Source: Abditibacteriaceae bacterium
GTDB taxonomy: Bacteria; Armatimonadota; Abditibacteriia; Abditibacteriales; Abditibacteriaceae
Length of the DNA stretch: 64,000 nucleotides
Direction of reading: 5' to 3'
Assembly (NCBI GenBank): GCA_965277285.1
Contig: OZ255721.1
Coordinates: 128,001-192,000, forward strand
Shown here: piece after piece, positions 48,812-59,196 of the stretch
Layout: every line of letters begins with the position of its first letter
Position numbering within the stretch: the stretch's first letter is position 1
Translations under genes and position numbers: made by a program
Notes under the pieces: generated by a model
Seen by the model: the letters and a program-made list of their open reading frames with translations, nothing else
Databases searched by the model: none
What the model was told of the DNA's origin: nothing

Positions 48812-51800
48812 ATGGATGTCAACGAACAAACTATTCTGGAACTTCGTAAGGAACTGGCAAACGCACAGCGTGAGTTAGCCAGCGTTGCAAAGTTGTCGCG
48901 CCAGGAGGCAGATAGCTCCAAGTATTCCGAAGCGCGCTATCGGAGGTTGTTTGAGTCCGCTCCGGATGGCATTTTGATTTTTGATGCTGTCAGTGGGCGA
49001 ATCGAAGATGTCAATCCTGCTCTCTGCCAGTTGTTGGATGATGCGCCCGAAGACTTTGTAGGCAAGAAAATTGGGGGAATAAATAGCTTTCGCACTATCG
49101 CCGCCAATCAAGACGCCTTTTGTGCGTTGCAAGAAGGGAACTGTATCCGTTATGACGATTTGCCCATTGAAACCAAAGAAGGACGCAACCTTTTCGTCGA
49201 GTTCGTCGGCAGCGCTTATGTCAATGCAGATAAAAAATTCATCGAGTGCAATATCCGCGACAACACGCAGCGCAAGCAGGTAGAAGGAGTGAAAGACTTT
49301 CTGTCGTCCATTGTGGAATCGTCGGAAGATTCCATTGTTACGGTTGACCTCGAGAGTATTATCACCAGCTGGAACAAATCGGCTGAACGACTTTATGGTT
49401 ATTCGGCCTTGGAAGCGATTGGCAAGCACCTGACGCTTCTGACACTGCCCGAAGATTTGCAAAAAGTGCTGAGCAACATTGACAGCATTAAGCACAGCGA
49501 GACAGTAGAAATTTTCGATAGCACACATCTGAACAAAGATGGGCGAGAACTGCATCTTGAAGTGGCTTTGTCGCCTATCAAGGATTCGACAGGGCGGGTT
49601 ATCGGGATTTCGACCATCGCACGCGACATCGCACAGAAACAGCAGATTATAGAAGCGCTACGGGAAAGCGAGGCTCAATTTCGTACCCTGGCCGAAGCCG
49701 TGCCACAAATTGTCTGGATTACGCGCGCCGATGGCTACAATACATATTTCAGCCAGCAGTGGATGGATTACACGGGACTGACTCTGGAGGAAAGCTTGGG
49801 ACATGGCTGGAACAAACCATTCCACCCGGACGACCAGCAACGAGCGTGGGACGCCTGGCAGCATGCGACGGCGACAATCGGCACTTACTCAATTGAAAGC
49901 CGCTTGCGTCGCGCGGATGGGGTTTATCGTTGGTGGTTGATCCGTGGCGTGCCACTGCAAGATGCTGACGGCAACATCGTTAAGTGGTTTGGCACCTGCA
50001 CTGATATTCATGACATGAAGCAGGCTGAACTAAAAATCTCCCAATCTAACAAGGAGCAACGTGACCTTGCTGAGCGCTTGGAAAAAGAAAAATCGCGGCT
50101 TATCGAAGCCCAAACGGTGGCCAAAGTGGGAAGCTGGGAGTTGGATATAGCCACGAATATCCTCACTTGGTCGGATGAAACCTACCGTATTTTTGAAATC
50201 GACCGAGATAATTTTGATGCTTCTTACGACGCTTTTCTGGAGCTTATCCATCCTGACGACCGCGCGTCAGTACATGATACTTACCAAGAATCGGTCGCTA
50301 ACCATGTAGCCTATGCAATGGATCATCGCCTGTTATGCACAAATGGTCGGCTCAAGATTGTTCACGAGCGTTGCCAAACGTTTTACGACGAGCATGGGCG
50401 CGCGACGCGTTCTATGGGCACAGTGCAAGATATCACCGAGCGCAAAGAAACGGAAGTCTTGTTGGAAGAAAGTCGGCAGCGTCTGGCGCTGGCTACCGAA
50501 TCGGCGCGCATCGGTATTTGGGATTGGGATGTGGTGACCAATAAGCTGGTCTGGGACGCACAAATGTATGCGCTTTACGGCATCCGCGAACAAGATTTTA
50601 GCGGCGCTTATGATGCCTGGCAAAGTGGTTTGCACCCGGAAGACCGAGAAAAAGCCGAGGCTGATGCGAATGCAGCTCTTGACAGTAACAGTAGCCGGAT
50701 TTTTCACCCTCAGTTTCGCGTCGTGTGGCCCAATGGCGAGGTGCGCCACATTGAAGCCCATGCCGTTGTTCAACGCGCGAATGACGGTTCTGCTCTGCGC
50801 ATGATTGGCGTCAATTGGGACATTACAGAGCGCGAGCAAAATGCCGAAGCGCTGCGTTTGAGCATCCAGCGCTTTGAACTTCTGAGTCGTGCCACTAACG
50901 ATGCTGTCTGGGACTGGAATTTACTCACGAACGAGGTGTGGTGGAATGAAGCGTTCGAGACGCTTTTTGGCTATGACAGAAAATCTATTGAGCCAGACAT
51001 AGAATCTTGGAAGCGGAGGATGCATCCCGAGGACTTGAATAAAGTGAGCAATGGTATTCATGCTTTAATTGAGAGCGGCCAGCAGTTGTGGTGGGATGAG
51101 TATCGTTTTCGCAAGGCGGATGGTTCTTATGCGACCATTTTTGACCGTGGCTTTGTTATCCGTGATGAGCATCAGCAGCCTGTCCGCATGGTCGGCTCGA
51201 TGCAAGATGTAACGGAGCGCAAGCAGGCCGAAGAAGCGTTGCGCGAAAGCGAAGAACATCTGCGCTTTGTCGTTGACGCTTCCCACGACGGTATTTGGGA
51301 ATGGGAAATCAAGGATGGAAAGTTGATCTGGTCGGAGCGAATTTATACGCTTCTGGGTCTTTCGCCAGAACATTTTGAGCCAAGTTACCAGACGCAACGT
51401 GCGTTAATTCATCCCGACGATTTGGCCCCGTTCGAGCGCGCTATTGAAGCTCATCTGGAGACGCAGCAGCCTTACAATGTCCGCCTGCGCTATCGACGCA
51501 GCGACGGCACTTATATTCACATTTTGTCGCAAGGCAAAACGCAGCGCGACGCGCAGGGACAACCGCTGCGGATGATCGGTTCGTTTTCCGACCTTTCCAG
51601 CTTGATGCAGGCTGAAGCCGAGCGTGAAGCCAAAAGTCGAGAAATCGTCACCATCTGGGAAAGCATGACCGATGCTTTTTTTAGTCTTGATGCTCAGTGG
51701 TGTTTTACCCAAATCAATTCGCAAGCTACGCAGAGAATGCAATGGAACGCCGAAGAATTGATAGGTAAGAATCTCTGGGAGGTCTTTCCCGACGCTGTAA

Positions 51801-54031
51801 ATTTGAAGTTTTACACGGAATTTCAGCGGGCTGTGAAGGAACAAGTGCCTGTGAATGCTGAAGAGTTTTTTGCGCCTCATAACGCCTGGTATGAATTTCA
51901 TGCTTACCCGGCGCCGCTGGGTTTATCGGCTTATTTCCGTGACATCACCGAACGCAAGCAAGCGGAAATCGCCTTGTCCGCCAGCGAAGCAAAGTTCCAG
52001 AACATCATGGCCAATGTGCCGGGGACGGTTTACCAATTTGTCTTGAATCCCGACGGCTCCGTGGAAATTCCTTTTGTCAATGAAAGTTGTCGAGAGCTTT
52101 TTGAAAGGGAGCCTGATGAACTACAAAGAAATCCGACCTTCCCGCTGGAAGTCATTCACCCCGCCGACCGTGCTCGAGCCGGGCGTTTGATGGCCGAATC
52201 CGCAGAAAGGCTTTTGTCCTGGAGTTGGGAAGGGCGCATCAAGCTTCCTTCGGGCAAGACCAAATGGGTGCAAGGCGCCTCGCGTCCCCAACGATTGCCC
52301 AACGGCGGCACGCTGTGGGATGGATTATTGGTAGATATTACCGCGCGCAAAGAAGCCGAAGAAGAACGCGACCGCTTCTTTACCATGTCATTGGATATGC
52401 TCAGCATTGCTGGCTTTGACGGCTATTTCAAACGCGTGAATCCAGCGTTTTTGGAAACTCTTGGCTATACCGAGGCCGAGTTGATGGAAAAACCGTCGCT
52501 GGAATTTGTGCATCCCGAAGACCGAGATGCCACATTAGCCGCTCGCAACAAGCTGTTCACGGGGGAAGGATTGGTCGGCCTGGTGAATCGCTACCTCAGC
52601 AAGGACGGCTCTTGGCGATGGTTGGAGTGGAAGTCGGTCGCGGCACTGGAAGAAGGCTTGGTTTATGCGGCAGCCCGCGACGTGACCGAGCGCAAGAAAG
52701 CTGAACAAGCGCTTCTTAAGGCCAATGATGAACTGGAATTGCATGTCATGGAGCGGACTGCCGAACTGGGAGCGGCCAACGAATCCTTGCAACTCGAACT
52801 CGCTGAACACCACAGGACAATGGAGACTTTGCGTCAAGTCGCTGAAGCGTTGCAGTTGGCCAAAGAAGAAGCTGACACGGCCAATGCAGCCAAAAGCGAA
52901 TTTTTGTCGCGCATGAGCCATGAACTGCGCACGCCGCTTAATGCTATTTTAGGCTTTGGCCAGATCCTTGATCGCCAGAATCTGACAACGCTCCAAAGCG
53001 AAAGCGTCAATCATATTCTCACTGGCGGTCGTCACCTGCTGGCGCTGGTCAATGAAATCTTGGACATCGCGCGCGTCGAAGCCGGACACAGCGAGATGTC
53101 CCTGGAGCCTGTCTCTGTACCCAATGTGGTGGCAGAGTGCTGCGCTCTGGTGCAGCCGCTGGCTCAGGCAAACCAGATACAAATCGTCAATCAATTGGTG
53201 CAGCATTCCAATGACCTCACACCGCATTATGTGATGGCGGATCGACAACGGCTCAAGCAAGTGATCCTCAACCTGCTCTCCAATGCCATCAAATACAATC
53301 GACCACAAGGAGAAGTGAAAATCTCCGTCAATCCAGTCAGTGCCGCACGCTTGCAGATACGAGTAAGTGATTCAGGGGAAGGCTTATCTTCCGAAGATGT
53401 CAAGAAACTCTTCACCCCGTTCGAGCGCCTTCATGCCGCCAATTCATCTGTTGAAGGTACAGGCCTTGGCCTGGTGATCTCCCAACGACTGGTAACGGCG
53501 ATGGGTGGGACTTTGGACGTGGAAACCTCCTCGGGACAGGGCAGCACCTTCTGGATTGAATTGCCAGCAACAAACGTTCTTTCAATGGTACCCTGCGAGT
53601 TATCGGCTCAGCAAGCTCAAGTCCGTCAGGGAGCGGAGCGCATTTACACGGTGCTTTGCATTGAAGACAATCCTTCCAACCTTCGTCTCATGGCAGCCAT
53701 TTTTAAAATGCGCCCGCAATGGACGTTGCTAACCACCACTCAGGGCAGCATGGGTCTGGACGTGGCGCGTCAGCATGAACCCGATCTGATTCTTCTCGAC
53801 CTCAATTTACCCGACATGCACGGCCAAGAAGTTTTGGCTCGCTTGCAACAATCGGCCTTGACCAGAGATATTCCGATCATTATCGTCAGTGCCGATGCCT
53901 CGTCCAGTCAAGTGGAACAATTGCTCTGCGCCGGAGCCAAAGCGTATTTGACCAAACCTCTGGATGTCGAACAGCTTTTGTCCACTTTAGAGCAGTTCCT
54001 GCAAGAAAGGCCGCATATCACTGAAAAATAA
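48812..54031 (+). CDS. Multi-PAS hybrid sensor histidine kinase with receiver domain
   Basis: About 10 PAS/PAC units ending DITERK; AKSEFLSRMSHELRTPLNAILGF; NLLSNAIKYN, GTGLGL; EDN..DLNLPDMHG..KP. Start uncertain (48770 or 48812). Confidence 0.92.
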   Translation: MDVNEQTILELRKELANAQRELASVAKLSRQEADSSKYSEARYRRLFESAPDGILIFDAVSGRIEDVNPALCQLLDDAPEDFVGKKIGGINSFRTIAANQDAFCALQEGNCIRYDDLPIETKEGRNLFVEFVGSAYVNADKKFIECNIRDNTQRKQVEGVKDFLSSIVESSEDSIVTVDLESIITSWNKSAERLYGYSALEAIGKHLTLLTLPEDLQKVLSNIDSIKHSETVEIFDSTHLNKDGRELHLEVALSPIKDSTGRVIGISTIARDIAQKQQIIEALRESEAQFRTLAEAVPQIVWITRADGYNTYFSQQWMDYTGLTLEESLGHGWNKPFHPDDQQRAWDAWQHATATIGTYSIESRLRRADGVYRWWLIRGVPLQDADGNIVKWFGTCTDIHDMKQAELKISQSNKEQRDLAERLEKEKSRLIEAQTVAKVGSWELDIATNILTWSDETYRIFEIDRDNFDASYDAFLELIHPDDRASVHDTYQESVANHVAYAMDHRLLCTNGRLKIVHERCQTFYDEHGRATRSMGTVQDITERKETEVLLEESRQRLALATESARIGIWDWDVVTNKLVWDAQMYALYGIREQDFSGAYDAWQSGLHPEDREKAEADANAALDSNSSRIFHPQFRVVWPNGEVRHIEAHAVVQRANDGSALRMIGVNWDITEREQNAEALRLSIQRFELLSRATNDAVWDWNLLTNEVWWNEAFETLFGYDRKSIEPDIESWKRRMHPEDLNKVSNGIHALIESGQQLWWDEYRFRKADGSYATIFDRGFVIRDEHQQPVRMVGSMQDVTERKQAEEALRESEEHLRFVVDASHDGIWEWEIKDGKLIWSERIYTLLGLSPEHFEPSYQTQRALIHPDDLAPFERAIEAHLETQQPYNVRLRYRRSDGTYIHILSQGKTQRDAQGQPLRMIGSFSDLSSLMQAEAEREAKSREIVTIWESMTDAFFSLDAQWCFTQINSQATQRMQWNAEELIGKNLWEVFPDAVNLKFYTEFQRAVKEQVPVNAEEFFAPHNAWYEFHAYPAPLGLSAYFRDITERKQAEIALSASEAKFQNIMANVPGTVYQFVLNPDGSVEIPFVNESCRELFEREPDELQRNPTFPLEVIHPADRARAGRLMAESAERLLSWSWEGRIKLPSGKTKWVQGASRPQRLPNGGTLWDGLLVDITARKEAEEERDRFFTMSLDMLSIAGFDGYFKRVNPAFLETLGYTEAELMEKPSLEFVHPEDRDATLAARNKLFTGEGLVGLVNRYLSKDGSWRWLEWKSVAALEEGLVYAAARDVTERKKAEQALLKANDELELHVMERTAELGAANESLQLELAEHHRTMETLRQVAEALQLAKEEADTANAAKSEFLSRMSHELRTPLNAILGFGQILDRQNLTTLQSESVNHILTGGRHLLALVNEILDIARVEAGHSEMSLEPVSVPNVVAECCALVQPLAQANQIQIVNQLVQHSNDLTPHYVMADRQRLKQVILNLLSNAIKYNRPQGEVKISVNPVSAARLQIRVSDSGEGLSSEDVKKLFTPFERLHAANSSVEGTGLGLVISQRLVTAMGGTLDVETSSGQGSTFWIELPATNVLSMVPCELSAQQAQVRQGAERIYTVLCIEDNPSNLRLMAAIFKMRPQWTLLTTTQGSMGLDVARQHEPDLILLDLNLPDMHGQEVLARLQQSALTRDIPIIIVSADASSSQVEQLLCAGAKAYLTKPLDVEQLLSTLEQFLQERPHITEK

Positions 54032-54083
54032 GTCGAAAGAATGGGCAACGATGCTGGCCGATGTGCATATCGAGTACTCATTC

Positions 54084-54839
54084 TTAAAATTGCTGCAAAA
54101 CCTTTTTCAAGTTCGTCATCGAATCGTAGTTGGTCAGTTCGACGTGCAGCGGCGTGATGGAAATAAAGCCATTTTGGATCGCCAAGATGTCGGTATCGTC
54201 GCGTTCGCTGCGGTCGATGATTTCGCCGCCGCGCCAATAATAAACGCCGACGTGCGGCGCTTCGTGGCGCGAAATATCGCCTTTGTAGCGGCGACTTCCC
54301 TGACTGGTGACACGCACGCCTTTCAATTCCTGCGACGACACGTTCGGCACGTTGACATTCAAAAACGTGTCGCGCGCCAGTTGCAGATCGGGCACTTTGG
54401 GCGCAAAGTCGCGTAGGAAATTGGTCGCACTGTCCCAATTCGGATTCGACCAATCGGCCAGCGAAATCGCCATCGCGGGAATGCCGTTCAACAAACCTTC
54501 CATGGCGCCCGCGACAGTTCCCGAATAATGCACGTCGTCGCCCAAATTCGGCCCCAGATTGATGCCGCTAATTACCAAATCGGGTTGCACATCCATCAAT
54601 TGCAATAATGCGAGCGGGACGCAATCGGCGGGCGTGCCGTTGGAAGTCCAAGCGATGCCGTCCGAAGTTTCCACGCGGTTGGCGCGCAACGGTTTATGTA
54701 ATGTGACACTGTGCGAACACGCCGAGCGAGGCCGGTCTGGAACACAAACAAATACGTCGCCGATTTCTTTCAAGGCGTTCCAGGCGGCATGAAGTCCAGG
54801 CGCATAAATGCCGTCATCGTTGGTGAGCAGAATTTGCAT
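54084..54839 (-). CDS. surE: 5'/3'-nucleotidase SurE
   Basis: ILLTNDDGIYAPG, GTPADCV, SGINLGPNLG..YSGTVAGAMEG. Confidence 0.95.
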   Translation of the reverse strand: MQILLTNDDGIYAPGLHAAWNALKEIGDVFVCVPDRPRSACSHSVTLHKPLRANRVETSDGIAWTSNGTPADCVPLALLQLMDVQPDLVISGINLGPNLGDDVHYSGTVAGAMEGLLNGIPAMAISLADWSNPNWDSATNFLRDFAPKVPDLQLARDTFLNVNVPNVSSQELKGVRVTSQGSRRYKGDISRHEAPHVGVYYWRGGEIIDRSERDDTDILAIQNGFISITPLHVELTNYDSMTNLKKVLQQF

Positions 54840-54944
54840 GAGTTGGGTTTAATCCAAAAGTGTGCGCCGCGCTATATAATTGCAACATAATTGCAACGGA
54901 TTCCGCATTTTTCCGCCTTTATTTAAGCGATTCTTCAACTTCTT

Positions 54945-55907
54945 ATGAGCGCCTTATCGAGTACTCGAACTGCCGCAGAAAACAGTGAAACACCGTCAGC
55001 ATGGAGCGACGCGCCACCCTTTGCTTCGCCCTGGTTCTGGCTGGCGTGCTTGCTCGTCTTGAAACTGGTCGCGCCGTTTGTGCCGGTTCCGAACTTTGTA
55101 GTCGCGGTCGTCACGAGCGTGCTTTTCACGATTGCTTATGTCGTCACGGTCGTGATGTTTGTAGCGCAAATGCTGCGGCGCCCGATGACTTTGGTGCAGA
55201 GAATCGCGTTTCTCGTCCTCGCGTTGGGTTTGTGGAGCGCGCTCAGTTTCGGCGCGGCGCCGGTTTTAGGAAGCGCATTCAGGGCAGCGAACCATCAGCC
55301 GGGCGCAAGTTTGCTGTTTTTCGCCAACATCCTGAGTGTCGCAACGGATGCGAGTTTGTTATGCGCGGCGGCATTGGGCGGAAGTCTGGTGGCACAAATG
55401 ATTTCGTCGCCGAACTTGCTTGGTCCTTTGTGCGGATTGCTGGCGATGCTGGATGTCTGGTTCGTTTTGTTTCAGGGCATCGCTTCGCAAATGATAAAAA
55501 GCGCGCCCGCTTACGCCGCCAAAGTGACAGCCGCCGCGCCTGCTGTAGGAGCCGCGGCGCGCTCGCATTTCGCGGTTTCTTCAGTTGGCATCGGCGCGGC
55601 GGATTACCTTTTTATCGGGTTTTTCTTCGCCATTATGCACCGCTTTGGCATGAATTGGCGCGCTTCGACCAAATGGATGATCATGCTGATTTCCGGCGCC
55701 TTGCTCGCAGTCATGGCAAATTTTGGCGCCTTGCCCGGATTGTTGTTTATCGGATTGGGCGCGGCGATTCCGAATTGGAAGTTCTTCGAGTACTCGAAAG
55801 AAGAAAAACTGGCCTTGATGCAAGCAGGCGGCTTCGTCATTTTGATGACAATCGGGATTTATTTCGCGCAACCGTTCATCATCGCGCGCATGCAGCAAGT
55901 GAAATAA
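54945..55907 (+). CDS. Polytopic membrane protein of unknown function
   Basis: Multiple hydrophobic helices; LDVW and IGAAD acidic residues in the membrane. Confidence 0.75.
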   Translation: MSALSSTRTAAENSETPSAWSDAPPFASPWFWLACLLVLKLVAPFVPVPNFVVAVVTSVLFTIAYVVTVVMFVAQMLRRPMTLVQRIAFLVLALGLWSALSFGAAPVLGSAFRAANHQPGASLLFFANILSVATDASLLCAAALGGSLVAQMISSPNLLGPLCGLLAMLDVWFVLFQGIASQMIKSAPAYAAKVTAAAPAVGAAARSHFAVSSVGIGAADYLFIGFFFAIMHRFGMNWRASTKWMIMLISGALLAVMANFGALPGLLFIGLGAAIPNWKFFEYSKEEKLALMQAGGFVILMTIGIYFAQPFIIARMQQVK

Positions 55908-55910
55908 CTT

Positions 55911-56969
55911 TCACTTCTGGCCGTATTCGAGCACGGTCACAGTGCCATCGACAAGCTGGCGACGCCACGGCTGCTCGGCGCCAGGCACGGCAGGCAAAAA
56001 TTGCGCGGCGATGGTGAAAACGTGGTGCGTTTTAGAATCCAGAGTCATGGTGCGGGCGCCAGTTTGCGTGGGAATCGTTCCAACTAAGGCGTAATGATCG
56101 GGATCGGTTTGATGAAAAATTGTCAGCGTGCCGTCTCGACCATTGGGGCTAAAGACCAAACGTTTTTTCGGGTCGTAATTAGTGGCGTCCGGGCCATTGC
56201 CGATGGTTGGACTGGCCACGACTTGTCCGTTGTCGGTGTTCAGTACGATCATCTTCTGGTTGTCACAGACAGCGAAAAGACGATGATTCTTGGCGTCGAT
56301 GGTCAATCCCGATGGTCCGTCGCCGGGAGCAATCGGCCAAATGTGATCAATCTTCAAAGTCTCGGCATTGATGGCGACGATCTCACTTTTGTCTTCGATG
56401 TTATCGTAAATTTCGCCGTGTCCATCAGTCGCGGCGAATTCGGGGCGCCCGGGCAGCGCGATTGTGCCGATGACAAAGCCCGTAGACGCATCCAGGGCGG
56501 TGATGCTTTGCGCGCGCCCGTTAAAAGTGAAAACGCGGCGAGAATACGGCTCGAACAAAATGGCGTCCGGCCCTTCGCCAACTGTCGTTTCGCCAACTTT
56601 CTTCAGAGTTTTAAGGTCGAAAATCGTCACGCTGTTGCTGCGCCCGTTGCTGGTAAAACCACGTCCACCGGCGGAATCAATCGCAATGCCATGAACGCCG
56701 GATGTGTTGGGAACATCGCCCACGATTTGGCCGCTGTCCGCATCAATGACCGTGACGTGCGTCGAACGCGAAATATAAAGGCGGCGCGCTTTTGCATCGA
56801 GCGAGAGATAATCCCAGCCTTCGGCGCCCGTCAGTGGAATTTTCTTGAGCAGATGATACGCTGCTGTATCAGCGTGAGCCGTGCGACATACAACAGCCGA
56901 AGAGCCAAGCAAAGCCGCCATCGAAAAAGCGACGGCGGAGTTCGACAAACGACGAGAAACACGTTTCAT
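55911..56969 (-). CDS. YncE/YVTN-type beta-propeller secreted protein
   Basis: Signal peptide; GWDYLSLD, GVHGIA, GEGPDAI, GRPEFA, GARTMTLD. Confidence 0.85.
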   Translation of the reverse strand: MKRVSRRLSNSAVAFSMAALLGSSAVVCRTAHADTAAYHLLKKIPLTGAEGWDYLSLDAKARRLYISRSTHVTVIDADSGQIVGDVPNTSGVHGIAIDSAGGRGFTSNGRSNSVTIFDLKTLKKVGETTVGEGPDAILFEPYSRRVFTFNGRAQSITALDASTGFVIGTIALPGRPEFAATDGHGEIYDNIEDKSEIVAINAETLKIDHIWPIAPGDGPSGLTIDAKNHRLFAVCDNQKMIVLNTDNGQVVASPTIGNGPDATNYDPKKRLVFSPNGRDGTLTIFHQTDPDHYALVGTIPTQTGARTMTLDSKTHHVFTIAAQFLPAVPGAEQPWRRQLVDGTVTVLEYGQK

Positions 56970-57000
56970 AGAAAATACAACCTTTGAAAAATTGGAACTG

Positions 57001-57079
57001 AACCACAGAGACACAGAGAAGAAAAAGAGTTTGCTTCGAGTACTCGATTTCTCTCTGTGTCCTCTGTGCCTCTGTGGTT
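57001..57079. repeat. Inverted-repeat element with a palindrome copy in the loop
   Basis: AACCACAGAGACACAGAG ... CTCTGTGCCTCTGTGGTT; TCGAGTACTCGA at 57036. Confidence 0.7.
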
Positions 57080-57084
57080 AAAAG

Positions 57085-58011
57085 TTACTTGGACAAAACC
57101 TGAAAATCTTCGCCCGCGTGATACGAACTGCGCACAAATGGGCCAGAAGCAACCAGCGAAAACCCAATTTCTTCGCCTATCGCTTTCAATTCGGCGAACT
57201 CGTCGGGATGGTAGTACTTTTGAACCGCCAGATGGCGCGGCGTCGGGCGCAGATATTGTCCCATCGTCACGAAATCCACGTCGTGCGCTTTCAAGTCGCG
57301 CAAGGTTTCGACAATTTCGTCTTTGGTTTCGCCCAAACCCGTCATCAAGCCGCTTTTGGTTTTAATGCGCGGATCAAACGCTTTCACGTCTTTCAACAAT
57401 TGCAGGCTGCGCTCATATTTCGAGCCACGCCGCGCCACGTTGTAAAGTCGGGGCACGGTTTCGATGTTGTGATTGTAAACGTGCGGACGTTCGGCTGCGA
57501 CGCGCAGATAATCGTCTTTCTTGCCACGAAAATCGGGCGTCAAAACTTCGATTTGCGCATTATCGAGTACTCGATTGACTTCGCGCAGAACGTTCACCCA
57601 GTGCGCGCTGCCACCGTCCGGCAAATCGTCGCGGTCAACGCTGGTGATGACGACGTATTTCAAGCCCAAGCGTAAAGCGGCTTCTGCGACGCGTTGCGGT
57701 TCCGTAATGTCGAGTGCCAAAGGTTTGGCGGTAGCGACGTTGCAAAAGGCGCAGGCGCGCGTGCATTTGTCGCCGCCGATCATAAAGGTTGCGGTTTTGT
57801 GGCTCCAGCATTCGCCGATGTTAGGACAGCGCGCTTCCTCGCAAACCGTGACGATGCGCAGTTCGCTGAGAAGTTCGCTGGTTGGCGCCGTCTGCCGCGC
57901 TTTGCCACTTTTGGCGCGCAGCCATTCGGGAAGTTTCGGCTGTCCCAAAGGCGTTCCATTCAAGTTTGGCGAAGAGGTTTGTGTGAGTGATTCGAGAGGA
58001 ATGAGTTGCAC
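57085..58011 (-). CDS. lipA: Lipoyl synthase
   Basis: TVCEEARCPNIGECW, CTRACAFC, ITSVDRDDLPDGG, GQYLRP, VRSSYHA. Confidence 0.96.
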   Translation of the reverse strand: MQLIPLESLTQTSSPNLNGTPLGQPKLPEWLRAKSGKARQTAPTSELLSELRIVTVCEEARCPNIGECWSHKTATFMIGGDKCTRACAFCNVATAKPLALDITEPQRVAEAALRLGLKYVVITSVDRDDLPDGGSAHWVNVLREVNRVLDNAQIEVLTPDFRGKKDDYLRVAAERPHVYNHNIETVPRLYNVARRGSKYERSLQLLKDVKAFDPRIKTKSGLMTGLGETKDEIVETLRDLKAHDVDFVTMGQYLRPTPRHLAVQKYYHPDEFAELKAIGEEIGFSLVASGPFVRSSYHAGEDFQVLSK

Positions 58012-58036
58012 GGAATAAGTATAAACGAACTGACAC

Positions 58037-58106
58037 CAACGAACCCGAAGCGTTAACGAGGGAGATGATGTAGGAAATCTCCCTCGCTAACGCTTCGGGT
58101 TCGTTG
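58037..58106. repeat. REP-like inverted repeat, family A
   Basis: CAACGAACCCGAAGCGTTAACGAGGGAGAT ... ATCTCCCTCGCTAACGCTTCGGGTTCGTTG. Confidence 0.75.
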
Positions 58107-58110
58107 AACA

Positions 58111-58863
58111 TTACACGCGCAAAATCAAAATCGCCCAGATCACGTGAATCGCCGCGTGCGTCAGAAACGGCGCGAGAAAAGATTTCTGGCGCCACGCGAC
58201 CGTTCCGAAAATCAATCCGCCCACAAACGACGCATAAAATTCCGGCATCGGTTTGCCCCAATGCGCCAGGCCAAACAACGCGGCTTGCAGCGGAATCGCC
58301 ACGAACGGCGCCCATTTGTCGGGAAACGCTTGCGCCGTGCCGAACAACAAAAAGCCGCGAAAAAACCATTCCCAACAAAACATCCATACCACGAGCGACA
58401 ACAAAAGCGCGCCTAAACTCACATCTGCTGACGAGGGGAAATATTGCGTTTGATAAAAGGTCCGAGTACTCGATTCGCGCGCGGCGAAGGCCAGAACAGG
58501 CAGCATCGCAACAATCATAATTGTGGATAGCTTCAAATCGGTTTTCCAGTTGCGCACGTTCCAGCCATAGTTCCAGGCATTGAGCGCCTGATTTTTCAGG
58601 TACGGAACATGGCGAATCGTTTGCGCGAAGAACAGCCAAACGATGCCCAGCGGCAAAACCAGGTTGGTGATGACGGCCAATTGAATCCAGCGCATCCAAT
58701 TCGCGTGCGTGTCGATGTGAGAATGCGCTTGCGACCACAACAGCAAAGTGCCGGCGAGCACGGCAAAAATCGCGCGCAACTGCAACGAAGTCGGCGTATC
58801 GTCCCATTCCTGGTCGATTTCAGGTTCAAGTTCGTCGGCGGAAACAACAGAAGAATCGGTCAT
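58111..58863 (-). CDS. CPBP (CAAX/Abi) intramembrane metalloprotease
   Basis: WEWFFRGFLL, FGLAHWGKP.PE, PFLTH. Confidence 0.85.
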   Translation of the reverse strand: MTDSSVVSADELEPEIDQEWDDTPTSLQLRAIFAVLAGTLLLWSQAHSHIDTHANWMRWIQLAVITNLVLPLGIVWLFFAQTIRHVPYLKNQALNAWNYGWNVRNWKTDLKLSTIMIVAMLPVLAFAARESSTRTFYQTQYFPSSADVSLGALLLSLVVWMFCWEWFFRGFLLFGTAQAFPDKWAPFVAIPLQAALFGLAHWGKPMPEFYASFVGGLIFGTVAWRQKSFLAPFLTHAAIHVIWAILILRV

Positions 58864-59196
58864 GTTTGCAATTTTTCGAGATTAGAAACGAATAGAGATT
58901 GAGCGAGATGAACTTTTGATTTTGTTTGGATATACCATAACACGCAGCCAAGTCGAGCCGTCAGCGAATATCCGATCAGGCCGCAAAACGCCGCGATTCC
59001 ATGGACTTAATTTTATAGAACTTTGCAATAAGATCGTTAAACGGCTTTCTTTGGACGCTTAAAAGTTGTTGTTGAAAACCAAACGTGGCGTAATCGAGTA
59101 CTCGATTGCCGCACTTTTCTTTTTCAACGCGGTTTCGTTCTTGCTAAAACGGCGCTTCAACATTGGTTTGAAATTGCTGCTTGAGAAAGGAATGTC

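Noticed and set aside
54876..54897. Direct repeat ATAATTGCAAC x2 between surE and the divergent gene
   Set aside because: Could be an operator or a simple duplication; a single instance with no supporting regulator.
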